DNA of 62,531 bases, the filler included, from Candidatus Babelota bacterium (GTDB lineage Bacteria > JAGOBX01), in the NCBI GenBank assembly GCA_017999075.1. It is 10 parts of 10 records of this genome, joined end to end, with 100 filler letters (N's around TTAATTAATTAA, not from the genome) between each part and the next. Parts side by side here need not be neighbours in the genome. Positions count along the whole stretch, not along the records: positions 43,941 to 50,072 come from JAGOBX010000233.1; positions 50,173 to 56,302 come from JAGOBX010000234.1; positions 56,403 to 62,531 come from JAGOBX010000235.1; 7 more parts are not named here. One strand, written 5' to 3'. Below, piece after piece: positions 49,269 to 60,446 of the stretch (position 1 is the stretch's first letter; every line of letters starts with the position of its first letter). Under the pieces are notes generated by a model. The model had not been told where the DNA came from. It worked only from the letters and a program-made list of their open reading frames with translations, and ran no database searches. The translations under genes and the position numbers were made by a program.

Positions 49269-49688
49269 TAAAAAAATATAAAGGAAATACTGACGATAAG
49301 AAAATAAAAGTTTTATCGCTTTTCAGGGAAGTGATTGAAAAATTAGATGAATGGGATGCTTATTATGATGACTGCGAGTAGAAAGATTTTAAAAAAAACA
49401 GAAATCTGCTTGAAGACATTGGTTCATACAGAAACGATGAAATATCATTTAACAACAAGGACGCATTCATTACTGAAAATTGCCTGCTTTTCCTGATATC
49501 TTCAAAATTATTGATTGTTTTTTGGTTCGTGTTTGTTTGAGGCCGTCCGTTTAATAAAAATAAAAAATATTAATTCCGGAAATTTAGGGGAATTCGCGAT
49601 TAATTGAAAATATGATCCGGATTTTTTAATATAAAATTTAAGTTGACTAATTACATATATAGATATATATTTAGTCAATTTAAAATAT

Positions 49689-50072
49689 TTGGTGGAATTT
49701 ATGATTTCATATAGAACCATTGATGCTTACGGTTTATGGAACAAATTTGAAGAACGTAAATTCGATTTAAAATATATAATTCCGCGCAGGCAGCTGGATG
49801 AATTTGTAAAAAGAATCAAATATGAAAGTATTGAAGTAATAATTGGTCCGCGGCAAAGCGGCAAGACAACATTGTTATTTCTGCTGATTGATTATCTCTT
49901 AAAAATTAAAACAGAAAAAAAATATATATGTTACATAAATCTTGATACCATACAGGATTATAAAATATTTTCAAATCCGCAACTGTTTATTGAAAATATC
50001 CGCGCGGGCTGTAATCCGAAAAAAAAAATATTTGTATTCATAGACGAAATACAGCGTATTCAAAATTCAGGA
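49689..50072 (+). CDS. AAA_14-type ATPase (DUF4143-associated type), 3'-truncated
   Basis: GPRQSGKTT Walker A; FIDEIQ Walker B. Confidence 0.85.
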
Positions 50073-50229
50073 NNNNNNNNNNNNNNNNNNNNNNNNNNNN
50101 NNNNNNNNNNNNNNNNTTAATTAATTAANNNNNNNNNNNNNNNNNNNNNNNNNNNNNNNNNNNNNNNNNNNNATAATAAACAAATACTACTAATTTTTTT
50201 AAAAAAAATGATTATTATGGAACTTTATA

Positions 50230-50481
50230 TTATACTATAATATTTATTTTGTTGTTATTGTTTGAAAAATCAGATTTAATTTCGGTTTGCTTTTCATCTG
50301 CTGAATCATTTTTTTTTATTTTATTATTACGTTTAGGATTTTCTTCAAAATACGGACACGGCATATGCAGCCAATACCAGTTAGAATCAGGAGATTTAAA
50401 GCCGAGAGCTTTACATCCGTATTTATGAATATGATCATTATATCTTATTTGAAAATTTTTACATTTATAACATACTAACAT
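50230..50481 (-). CDS. Small Cys-rich putative metal-binding protein
   Basis: CYKCKNF...YGCKALGFKS...CPYF. Confidence 0.65.
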   Translation of the reverse strand: MLVCYKCKNFQIRYNDHIHKYGCKALGFKSPDSNWYWLHMPCPYFEENPKRNNKIKKNDSADEKQTEIKSDFSNNNNKINIIV

Positions 50482-50493
50482 ATATCATAAAAA

Positions 50494-52260
50494 TTAAAAT
50501 TTGACAGATTTTATAGCATTTAATTCACAATATTGAACGCATAATCCGCAAGCGCGACATGATTCTTTTAAAATACTTATTATCCCATTTTTTTTCATTA
50601 TCGCAGGACATCCGGTAGAAATGCATTTTCCGCATTTAGAACATTTTACCGGATCTATAGAAAAATATACTGGTTTCCCTTTTTTGTTAAGCAGAGCACA
50701 AGGCGATTGAGCTATCAATACACTCGGCTTGTTCAGATTTAAATGTTTGTCAACAAGTTCAGAAAATAGTTTTATGTTTAACGGATTAACTACATCAACG
50801 CATTCTTCCTGATATCCTATACCTATTACAAGTTTTTTATATTCAATGGCTATAGTATCTTCTCCTGATAAAGTTTTTCCTGTTCCAGGATGCTCCTGAT
50901 GTCCTGTCATAGCTGTTATCCTGTTATCAAGAATTATAGTTGTTATAGGAGCTTTGTTGTATAAAGCGTCAATAATTCCTGTTATCCCGGAATGAATAAA
51001 AGTAGAATCTCCTATTACCGCAACAATTTTATTGAAATAATCAGGGTTGGTTTTTACCATGCCTATAGCTGTTCCAATTCCCGCACCCATACATATACAT
51101 GTATCAAGAGAATTAAGCGGTTCAAGAGTTCCAAGAGTATAACACCCTATATCTCCTGTAACTATAAGCGATTTTTCCCTTAAAACCGAATAAGCAGCTC
51201 TATGAGAGCAGCCTGCGCATAACACTGGCGGACGAGGAGGAACATCAATATTTTTAATTTCAGCATTACATTCAGGTTTATTGTAAAATATTGAACGGAT
51301 TTTATCCTGATCCAATTCACCTGTTTTAGGAAACCAGGATTTTCCTATAATTTCAACATCCAATTTTAATTTCAATATCTCTTCTTCCAAAAAACCGTCA
51401 AGTTCTTCAATTACCACAATCCTGTCTTTTCCTGCGCAAAATTGTTTTATAATTCTATCAGGAACAGGATATACCATACCTAATTTCAATATATCAACGT
51501 CTTTGATAACTTCCGAAACATAATTAAATACTACGCCTGAAGTAATAATTCCTGTTTTAGAAAATTTTTCATTTTTATTTTCAGCTTTAATTATACGGTT
51601 CAATTCAGACTGATTGTTATATTCCTGAAGTTTTATAAGACGTTCCTCTACAAATTTATGCCTCATTCTTCCAAATGCAGGAATCATAACATATTTCTGC
51701 GGTTTTTTTTCAAATCCAGGTTTTATATCTATAACTTTTTTTTCACCAGTTTCCACTATTGTCCTGGTATGTGATAATCTCGTAGTTGTCCTCAAAATTA
51801 AAGGCGTATCGAATTGTTCAGAAATTTCATATCCTGACAAAACCATTTCTTTAGCTTCGCTGCTGTCAGAAGGTTCAAGCATCGGAACTTTAGCGAATTT
51901 CGCATAATTTCTGCTATCCTGTTCATTTTGAGAACTATGCAATTCAGGATCATCAGCTGCCACCAATATAAATCCTGCTTTAACTCCTGTATAAGAAAAA
52001 GTCATCAGAGGATCTGCTGCAACATTAACTCCGACATGTTTCATAGTAACAATTGTCCTGTGTCCTGATATACTCGCTCCTATTCCTGTTTCAAAAGCAA
52101 CCTTTTCATTAGGAGACCATTGACAGTATACTCCATCGTATTTAACAAGATTTTCAAGTATTTCAGTTGACGGAGTTCCAGGATATCCTGATGCAAATTT
52201 GACATCTGACTCATATGCTCCCAAAGCTATCGCTTCATTTCCTGACAACAATTTTTTCAT
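50494..52260 (-). CDS. iorA: Indolepyruvate:ferredoxin oxidoreductase alpha subunit
   Basis: GNEAIA, YPGTPSTEI, KHVGVNVAAD, SSQNEQD, CAGCSH, GDIGCY, GDST, C-terminal 2x[4Fe-4S]. Confidence 0.95.
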   Translation of the reverse strand: MKKLLSGNEAIALGAYESDVKFASGYPGTPSTEILENLVKYDGVYCQWSPNEKVAFETGIGASISGHRTIVTMKHVGVNVAADPLMTFSYTGVKAGFILVAADDPELHSSQNEQDSRNYAKFAKVPMLEPSDSSEAKEMVLSGYEISEQFDTPLILRTTTRLSHTRTIVETGEKKVIDIKPGFEKKPQKYVMIPAFGRMRHKFVEERLIKLQEYNNQSELNRIIKAENKNEKFSKTGIITSGVVFNYVSEVIKDVDILKLGMVYPVPDRIIKQFCAGKDRIVVIEELDGFLEEEILKLKLDVEIIGKSWFPKTGELDQDKIRSIFYNKPECNAEIKNIDVPPRPPVLCAGCSHRAAYSVLREKSLIVTGDIGCYTLGTLEPLNSLDTCICMGAGIGTAIGMVKTNPDYFNKIVAVIGDSTFIHSGITGIIDALYNKAPITTIILDNRITAMTGHQEHPGTGKTLSGEDTIAIEYKKLVIGIGYQEECVDVVNPLNIKLFSELVDKHLNLNKPSVLIAQSPCALLNKKGKPVYFSIDPVKCSKCGKCISTGCPAIMKKNGIISILKESCRACGLCVQYCELNAIKSVKF

Positions 52261-52318
52261 AATAAACTCCAATTCCAGTTTAAATTAACACATTATTATT
52301 TATTGCAAATTCTTTCGA

Positions 52319-54655
52319 TTATTTGTATTTCGCTAATATTCCTTCTACATCATCAGGTTTTACCTGACTGAAAACATCTCCGTCTACAAGTACAACAGGA
52401 GCTAATCCGCATGCTCCAATACATCTTGTACATTCAAGAGTGAATTTATTATCTTTAGTAGTTTGGTCAAGTCCAATACCTAAAATCTGTTTGAACTTTT
52501 CAAGAACTTCTCCTGCACCTCTCACATAACATGCAGTGCCAAGACATATTGAAATAGAATGTTCTCCTTTTTTGTTTAAAGTAAAAAAATGATAAAATGT
52601 AGCCACTCCATAAACTGACGATAAAGGTATTTTTATTCCCATAGAAATTATTTTCATTGCATCTACTGACAAATATCCGAACATTTCCTGCGCTTTATGA
52701 AGCAGCGGGATTAAATAGCTGTATTTATCTTCAACAGTTCTGTAAGCATTAACAGCATCTAATAATTCCCTGTATTTATTTATATCTTCAGGTTTATGAT
52801 CTTTAAGTTCAAGATCTTTTTCAAGAATATGATTTTTATATATTCCTGAAGGTTTGCGTTCAACATAATGAGTATGCAGAAGTTTATGCGATATTTCGCT
52901 TAATGGATTTTTCAAAAATGTTTTATATAACCTTTGCACATCAGGATTATCATGAGACCTGCGGAATGTCCGTTTTCTATCCAGTCCATACAATGCTCCT
53001 GCTCGTTTTATAAGCATTTCCTTTGATAATGGTAAATGAGGCGGTACAGGATATGGCTGGCCTCCTCCTCCTATACATCCGCCAGGACATCCCATTACCT
53101 CAACAAAATGATATTTTTTCTCTCCTGATCTGATTTTTTCCATTATTTTATGTGCATTATCAAGACCGTGAACAACAGCAACATTAAGTTTTGTTGAACC
53201 TACTCCTATTTCCGCTTCTTTTATTCCTTCAACTCCTCGAATCTGATTAAATTCTATATCTACCAGTGTTTCTCCAGTTACAAATTCAGAAGCAGTACGC
53301 AGAGCCGCTTCCATAACTCCGCCCGTAGTTCCGAATATTACTCCGGCTCCGCTTGATAATCCCAGCGGTTTATCAAATTCTGACGAATCCAGGTTTAAAA
53401 AATCTATACCTGCTGATTTAACCATCCATGCAAATTCACGGGTAGTTATAACGCAATCAACATATTTATTGTTATTATCATCAACCATTTCAGGTCTGTT
53501 GGCTTCAAACTTTTTTGCAGTGCAGCACATAACTGATACAATAAAAATTTTTTCAGGAGGAACATTCAGCTGTTTTGCATAAAATGTTTTTATCAGAGCT
53601 CCTTCCATGCTCATAGGAGATTTTGCCGTAGATAGATTTTTCAAATATTCGGGATAAAAATGTTCAATAAATTTTACCCATGTCGGACAGCAGGATGTGA
53701 ACATAGGGAAAGTGCCGTTATTTTTCAATCTATGAATAAACTCGCTTGCTTCTTCCATTATTGTAACATCAGCCCCAAATTGGGTGTCAAAAACATAATC
53801 AAAACCAAGCATTCTCATGGCAGTTGAACATTGTCCTTCATAATTATTCCCTGGCTGCATTCCAAACGCTTCTCCAATAGCAGCACGCACAGACGGAGCC
53901 ATTTGACCTATAACTATTTTATCAGGACTATCTATTGCATTCCATACGTCACCCGTATTGTCTTTTTCAAGAAAAGCTGCTGTAGGACACAAATTTATAC
54001 ATTGACCGCAATTAACACAAATTGATTCCGAAAATTTTTCTTCAAAAGCAGGAACAACTACAGATTTAAATCCACGGTGAGCATTTGCAAGTGCAGTTAC
54101 TCCCTGAACTTCTTCACAAACCCTCACACACCGTTCACAAAGAATACATTTGTTCGGATCACGTATAACTGAAAACGAAGATAAATCTTTAGCATAATTT
54201 TTTCTTTCGCCCACAAAATGCCTGTGTCTTACTCCAAGATTATAAGCAGCTCTTTGAAGTTCACAATTCCCATCTCTTTCGCAAGTTTGACAATCCATAG
54301 GATGATTGTCAAGTATTAATTCAACTATATCTCTTCTGATTCTTCTCAATTTAGGAGAAATTGTTTTAACTTTAATGCCCGGTTCAAGAGGATATGCGCA
54401 TGCTGCAACAAGATTACGCCTGCCTTCTATTTCAACAACGCATATTCTGCATGCTCCTTCAATACTTAGCGATGGATGATAACACAAACGAGGAATATGA
54501 ATGCCTATTCTGTCTGCAGCAGCCATAATAGTTGTTCCGTCAAAAACTGTTACTTCGATTCCATCAATAAAAGCTGTTATTTTTTTAGGTTTTTTTGTTT
54601 TTTTATTTTTATCATCTGTTTTCGAATCTTTCTTTAACACAGTCACTTTCATCAC
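52319..54655 (-). CDS. hydA: [FeFe]-hydrogenase catalytic subunit (group A, bifurcating type) with fused C-terminal NuoE/HydC domain
   Basis: 2Fe-2S, His-ligated 4Fe-4S and 2x4Fe-4S clusters; [32 protein letters not shown]; then [28 protein letters not shown]. Confidence 0.93.
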   Translation of the reverse strand: MMKVTVLKKDSKTDDKNKKTKKPKKITAFIDGIEVTVFDGTTIMAAADRIGIHIPRLCYHPSLSIEGACRICVVEIEGRRNLVAACAYPLEPGIKVKTISPKLRRIRRDIVELILDNHPMDCQTCERDGNCELQRAAYNLGVRHRHFVGERKNYAKDLSSFSVIRDPNKCILCERCVRVCEEVQGVTALANAHRGFKSVVVPAFEEKFSESICVNCGQCINLCPTAAFLEKDNTGDVWNAIDSPDKIVIGQMAPSVRAAIGEAFGMQPGNNYEGQCSTAMRMLGFDYVFDTQFGADVTIMEEASEFIHRLKNNGTFPMFTSCCPTWVKFIEHFYPEYLKNLSTAKSPMSMEGALIKTFYAKQLNVPPEKIFIVSVMCCTAKKFEANRPEMVDDNNNKYVDCVITTREFAWMVKSAGIDFLNLDSSEFDKPLGLSSGAGVIFGTTGGVMEAALRTASEFVTGETLVDIEFNQIRGVEGIKEAEIGVGSTKLNVAVVHGLDNAHKIMEKIRSGEKKYHFVEVMGCPGGCIGGGGQPYPVPPHLPLSKEMLIKRAGALYGLDRKRTFRRSHDNPDVQRLYKTFLKNPLSEISHKLLHTHYVERKPSGIYKNHILEKDLELKDHKPEDINKYRELLDAVNAYRTVEDKYSYLIPLLHKAQEMFGYLSVDAMKIISMGIKIPLSSVYGVATFYHFFTLNKKGEHSISICLGTACYVRGAGEVLEKFKQILGIGLDQTTKDNKFTLECTRCIGACGLAPVVLVDGDVFSQVKPDDVEGILAKYK

Positions 54656-56302
54656 CCCTGAATTATTGCGTTAAATTTACACGCCTGAAAACAAGCGCCG
54701 CATTTGATGCATTTTGAAGAATCTATATTATGAATTTTCTTTGGTTCGCCTGTTATGCAATTTACAGGACATTTCTTTTTACATACTCCGCAACCAACGC
54801 ATTTTTCCGAAACTATAATATAATTCAAAAGTTTTTTGCATACTTTAGCTCTGCATTTTTTTTCTTTTATATGTTCTTCAAACTCATCCCTAAAATATTT
54901 TATATTGCTTAACACAGGATTCGGAGCTGTCTGCCCGAGTCCGCATAAAGATGCAAGTTTAATTGTCTCGCCAAGACGTTCAAGTTTTTCAATATCGCCT
55001 TCTTCTCCTTTTCCATTACAAATTCTCTCAAGTATTTCAAGCATACGTTTTGTTCCTTCTCTGCATGGAGTGCATTTTCCGCAAGATTCATTTTGAGTAA
55101 AATCAAGAAAAAATTTTGCCACATCTACCATGCATGTATGTTCATCCATTACTATCATACCGCCGGAACCCATTATAGAACCGGTCTTATTTAAAGTATC
55201 ATAATCAACAGGTGTTTCAAGATACTGTTCAGGCAAACATCCGCCTGAAGGTCCGCCTGTCTGAACTGCTTTGAATTTATGCCCGTCTTTTATTCCGCCG
55301 CCTATATCGAATATTATTTCACGCAGCGTTGTGCCCATAGGAATCTCTATCAATCCTGTATTATTCACTTTTCCTGCTAATGCAAACACTTTCGTTCCTT
55401 TGCTTGTTTCTATGCCGAATCTTGAAAACCATTCTCCGCCTATTAAAATTATAGCTGGAACATTTGCAAGCGTTTCAACATTATTTATCACAGTCGGATT
55501 TCCAAACAATCCTTTAATTGAAGGATACGGCGGTCTTGGTCTAGGCATACCCCGTTTTCCTTCTATTGAAGCAATTAACGCAGTTTCCTCACCGCATACA
55601 AACGCGCCTGCCCCTAAACGAAGCTCAACATCAAATGAAAAATTTGTATCTAAAATATTTTTACCAATTAATTTTTTTTCTTTCGCCAGTTTAATCGCAT
55701 TTTTCAGCCGTTTTATCGCAAGAGGATATTCAGCTCTAATATAAACAAATCCTTTATCTGCGCCAACTGCATATCCGGCAATAGCCATTCCTTCAATAAC
55801 TGAAAACGGATCTCCTTCAATCGTGCTTCTATCCATAAAAGCTCCAGGATCTCCTTCATCAGCATTACAAATAATATATTTCTGTTTTCCCTCAGCGCGG
55901 GACCCGTTTGTCCATTTCTGAAATGTCGGATAGCCGCCGCCGCCTCTGCCGCGAAGTCCTGATTTTTTAATTTCATCAATTACGTCCTGAGGCGTCATAT
56001 CAGTTAAAACCTTCGCCAAAGCTTTAAACCCGTCAACTTTAAAATAATCATCCAATGATTCAGGATCTATTATTCCGCAATTACGTAAAGTTAATCTAAG
56101 TTGTTTATTAAAATAATTATAATTTCCAAAATTTTCAAAAAATCTATTAACCAGCTCATTGCATTCAAACTGATTTTCTATAACTTCAATACCCTTTATC
56201 AAATAATCATCGATTATCCTGTCAACAAGTTTTTCATCAGCCTTAGCGTAATTAAGATTTTCAGGCAATATAGATAATATAATATCATTTCCAGAATAAT
56301 AA
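54652..56302 (-). CDS. hydB: HydB/NuoF-like diaphorase subunit, 5'-truncated
   Basis: [49 protein letters not shown], two C-terminal ferredoxin motifs. Confidence 0.93.
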
Positions 56303-56403
56303 NNNNNNNNNNNNNNNNNNNNNNNNNNNNNNNNNNNNNNNNNNNNTTAATTAATTAANNNNNNNNNNNNNNNNNNNNNNNNNNNNNNNNNNNNNNNNNN
56401 NNA

Positions 56404-58326
56404 GAAATATTAGGAGTTTCCCGGGCTACTGTCAGAAACTGGGAAAAATTAAATTATTTATCTTCCTCCAAAAATAAAAATGGATATATATATTATTATT
56501 ATACCGACATAATTGAATTAAAAAACAAAATTAAAGATAGTAAAATTGATAAACTGAATAAAAGAGCTAATAAAAATAATGCTAAAAACAGTTTTATTCC
56601 GATTGAATATCTTGAAAATTCTGCTGATGCAGTAATAATAAAAAAAATTATAGAATATATATCGACCCGCAAATTATCTTATAATTTTTCATTGTTTGTA
56701 TTAACTTTAAACTATCTGTTCAGAAAAAATATCATTATTAGTTCAGTATTGAAAAAATTAATATTGTTTGATTCTTACAATAAATATTATAAAAAAATAT
56801 ATATTTATGATGAATTGAAAAATTGGTTTTTTGAAGAAAGTTTTTTTAAAATTAAATTCGCCTTATATGATGAACTAATGAATTTCAATTTACCCGACAG
56901 CGGCGATATTTTAGGATTATTATACCAGTCGTTTAAAATTGAAAGCGATAAATCAAGAAAAGGTTCATATTATACGCCTTCTGAAATTGTTGAAAATATT
57001 GTATGTGAATATTGTGAAAAAAATTTTAAAGTGCTTGATCCGTGTTGCGGTACAGGACAATTTTTGATGAAATTTGCGGAAATTGTAACAAATCCGGAAA
57101 ATATTTTTGGTTTTGATGTAGATAAAACTGCTGTTAAATTAGCGCGTATAAATATTATGATAAAATATTCTGATATTGAATTTTCACCGAATATATTCTG
57201 CTTGAATACTGCACTTGATATCAATCATAATTCTACTTTTTTTAATAATGAAAACATTTGTTTTGAAAATTTTGATTTGATAGCGACCAATCCGCCGTGG
57301 GGAAGTGATTTATCAAAATCTGAAAAAAATATATTGAATAAATATTTTCCTGAAATACAATCAGGAGAATCTTTTTCTTACATTCTTTTAAAAAGTATTG
57401 AATTAGCTAAAAATAACGGGATAATATCATTTGTTTTGCCGGAATCAATTTTAAATGTTAAAACTCACAGTTATATCAGAAAATTTTTACTGGAAAACAC
57501 TGATATTTTAAAAATTATATTTTTCAATAGAGTTTTCAAAAAAGTATTTTCTCGGGTTATTCGTGTTGATTTAAAAAAAACTGTATTTAAAACTGGGAAT
57601 ATTTTCATAATCAACGGTAAAAATTGTCATTCAATAACTCAATCAAGATTGAAAAATAATAATGATTATATTTTTGATATTCATTTAACAGAAATCGATG
57701 AAAAAATATTGAAAAAAATTTTTTCAATAGAACATATTACTTTAAAAGATAATGCGGATTGGGCTCTCGGAATCGTGACTGGTAATAATAAACAATTAGT
57801 GTCTTCTAAAAAATTACCAGGATTTGAACGGGTTTATAAAGGTAGAGAAATTGAACCTTTTCATCTTAAAGAATGTAAGAATTTTATTAAATTTGTACCT
57901 GAAAATTTTCAGCAGTCGGCTCCGGAATATAAATATCGGGCTCCGGAAAAATTAATTTATAAGTTTATTTCTGATAAACTTGTTTTTGCATATGATGACC
58001 GGCAATGTTTAACTCTAAACAGTGCCAATATAGTAATTCCTAAAATCGATGGTTATCCTATTAAAGCTATTATGTCTTTTTTTAATCATCCAATATATCA
58101 ATTTATTTTTAGGAAAAAATTTACAAGCATTAAAGTGTTAAGAAATCATTTAGAAACATTACCGTTGCCGCTATTTAACCAAAACGTTTTAAAAAAAATA
58201 GAGAGTTATGCGGATGATATTATTTATAAAAATATTGAACCCAAAATATTATTTGATTTTATTTTTAAAATTTTCAAAATAACAGAAGATGAAAAAAAAT
58301 ATATTGTCGGAAATAATAATTTTTAA
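56404..58326 (+). CDS. Gamma-class N6-adenine DNA methyltransferase (TaqI-like TRD) with N-terminal HTH, 5'-truncated
   Basis: Frame open 96 codons upstream of the track start: EILGVSRATVRNWEK; GSYYTP, DPCCGTGQF, NPPW, LGIVTGNN, EKLIYKFIS. Confidence 0.88.
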   Translation, partial: EILGVSRATVRNWEKLNYLSSSKNKNGYIYYYYTDIIELKNKIKDSKIDKLNKRANKNNAKNSFIPIEYLENSADAVIIKKIIEYISTRKLSYNFSLFVLTLNYLFRKNIIISSVLKKLILFDSYNKYYKKIYIYDELKNWFFEESFFKIKFALYDELMNFNLPDSGDILGLLYQSFKIESDKSRKGSYYTPSEIVENIVCEYCEKNFKVLDPCCGTGQFLMKFAEIVTNPENIFGFDVDKTAVKLARINIMIKYSDIEFSPNIFCLNTALDINHNSTFFNNENICFENFDLIATNPPWGSDLSKSEKNILNKYFPEIQSGESFSYILLKSIELAKNNGIISFVLPESILNVKTHSYIRKFLLENTDILKIIFFNRVFKKVFSRVIRVDLKKTVFKTGNIFIINGKNCHSITQSRLKNNNDYIFDIHLTEIDEKILKKIFSIEHITLKDNADWALGIVTGNNKQLVSSKKLPGFERVYKGREIEPFHLKECKNFIKFVPENFQQSAPEYKYRAPEKLIYKFISDKLVFAYDDRQCLTLNSANIVIPKIDGYPIKAIMSFFNHPIYQFIFRKKFTSIKVLRNHLETLPLPLFNQNVLKKIESYADDIIYKNIEPKILFDFIFKIFKITEDEKKYIVGNNNF

Positions 58327-58364
58327 TAAAACGTATTTTTTTATTTTATAATCCGGAAAATATG

Positions 58365-60407
58365 TTAGTAAAACCTGTTGTTCAGCCATTTTAAAACCGT
58401 AATTCCTGAAATCGGATATTTGAAATATGGCGGAGGATTTAAATAAGGATTGCTTGCAGGATTGGTATTATAAGAAATACTGATATTTCCGTTAGTTTGA
58501 ACGTTTTGACCGTAAATGCTTCCTGTCATCCTGATATTATCAATATATATATTTTTATCGGCAAAAATTATACCTTCAATATAAGGTCTGTTTGGTTCTG
58601 CGGAATTGGTTCCATTGAAATAAATATTATTATTTGTAAGCAGCGCAGGATATGTATCTATAGAGTTATTTATAGTGATATCATTAGTTCCCACGATTAT
58701 GATATCTCCTGTTGCGCATAAAGTTCCGTTAATTGTTGTGTTTCCTTCCTGCCGTAAAGTTACTGAAGGTTCCGGTGAAATAAATCGTCTTACAAAAAGA
58801 TTATCCATCCAACCTATCTGCTGGGCGAATTCTACTGCTATTTCTCCTGATTCCCAGCTTTCAATGTTATTCCAGGTTGAAGAAGCGTGTAAAATATTGT
58901 CAACCCAGAAATAATAATTACTCCAGCTATTTCCAAACCATTCGCAAATTTCTCCTGAAGCATATTTTAAAGTATGCGTTGATCCGTCTGCAGGTATATA
59001 AAAATTTCCCGGAGGGTCAACTATATCCGAATTCCTGTCGCCGTCAGTTCCTATCTGAGGTGAAGCGTAATCTCCATTTGATATGTGAGCTAATGTATTG
59101 TTATTTCGGTTCCGCCATTTTGTTGATAATGCTGAGGTTCCATTAGTCGGAAAAACTCCTTGAATTCCGATATCGCATTGGACCAATACATTTTGTTCAT
59201 TTAACCCTGTTGTTAATATTCCTGCACCGTTGTTATCTCCGGTATTGCATCTCAATCTTAGATTTACATTATCGTAAATCATAAACTCCTGACCTGCTCC
59301 GTGTAAATTAAGATGTCTTCCATTATGATAATTTCCAAGTGAATTTATTGAAAAATCATCGTAAACAATAAAAACATTATTAGGATTTGCAGGAGGGGCT
59401 CCTGCTGCAGGATTGTTATAATAAATATAATAATTTTCTCTAAATAAAGATGAAGCAATAGTATCCATAGTCCTGAACCATAATCCTGCCATATCCGGTC
59501 TGTCGATATAAACTCTGTTTAGTTCTGTATATACTCCTGTTGCTGTATTATATCTTACTACACGCAGATCATTTAAATCAGGACGCAGCATTCCTGAATT
59601 AATTAATGAATTAGTGTCAATGCTGTAATTCACTGAATATCCTGAAGGTAAAGTAATCCACCATGTGTTATTATTGGTAATGCGCAGCTTCATTCTTCTT
59701 TTGTAACTTTTATTCCACCACCTGACTCCTCCGATTGTTACATCTCCGTTTACATACCATATTCCGGATGAAACAGAACCTTCAAGAAATTCTTTGTATC
59801 CTGAAAATGACTGCCCTGCAGCAGCTGCTTCAGTATAATATCCGAAAGTATCGTAAGTTAGTTTTGAAATATGAGTATCGCCTAGCGCTACTGAAGAAAA
59901 TGTTATATTGGTGTATGTTATGATTGAAGAAGTATTCAATGTTGAATTTGAATGAATTTTTCCGTCATTAACAGAACCGGTTGAATCTATTGAAACTCCG
60001 GAATCAGCTAAAATCAGGCAATTGAACATATCGTGATTTCCCGTCTCTGCAGTATAAGTTAATATAATAGTGTCAATATAATTTTTGTAATAACCGACAG
60101 ATATGATTTTATTAATGGGATAAAGAGAAGAATCTATTATTACTGTGAAATATCCAATCGTTTCTCCTGAAATATCAGTAAATCCTGAATTTGTAAAACC
60201 AGTATTCCAGAGAGGGTCTTTTTTAAGTTTATTTTTTGCTAATTCAATTCCTGATTCTGCGATATAAAATGCCTGTTGTTTAATTAAAATTATATCGTTT
60301 TTTTCAATAAATTTTAATGATATATACGATACTGCTGTTCCAAAAGCAAAGAAAATAAATATTATAAATAACACATAAATTACCGCAAATCCACGGTTTT
60401 TATTCAT
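58365..60407 (-). CDS. PilX/GspK-like minor pilin carrying a DUF2341-like domain
   Basis: KNRG|FAVIY prepilin site, QAFYIAESGIE; WWNKSYKRR..LRITN, DLNDLRV, YYIYYNNP, VFIVYDDF, DNLFVRRFISPEP. Confidence 0.72.
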   Translation of the reverse strand: MNKNRGFAVIYVLFIIFIFFAFGTAVSYISLKFIEKNDIILIKQQAFYIAESGIELAKNKLKKDPLWNTGFTNSGFTDISGETIGYFTVIIDSSLYPINKIISVGYYKNYIDTIILTYTAETGNHDMFNCLILADSGVSIDSTGSVNDGKIHSNSTLNTSSIITYTNITFSSVALGDTHISKLTYDTFGYYTEAAAAGQSFSGYKEFLEGSVSSGIWYVNGDVTIGGVRWWNKSYKRRMKLRITNNNTWWITLPSGYSVNYSIDTNSLINSGMLRPDLNDLRVVRYNTATGVYTELNRVYIDRPDMAGLWFRTMDTIASSLFRENYYIYYNNPAAGAPPANPNNVFIVYDDFSINSLGNYHNGRHLNLHGAGQEFMIYDNVNLRLRCNTGDNNGAGILTTGLNEQNVLVQCDIGIQGVFPTNGTSALSTKWRNRNNNTLAHISNGDYASPQIGTDGDRNSDIVDPPGNFYIPADGSTHTLKYASGEICEWFGNSWSNYYFWVDNILHASSTWNNIESWESGEIAVEFAQQIGWMDNLFVRRFISPEPSVTLRQEGNTTINGTLCATGDIIIVGTNDITINNSIDTYPALLTNNNIYFNGTNSAEPNRPYIEGIIFADKNIYIDNIRMTGSIYGQNVQTNGNISISYNTNPASNPYLNPPPYFKYPISGITVLKWLNNRFY

Positions 60408-60446
60408 TTAAAATATTATCTCCCTGCTGAACAAATTTGAAAAATA

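Noticed and set aside
49689-50072. AAA ATPase as part of a defence system
   Set aside because: Truncated, common family, no partner visible.
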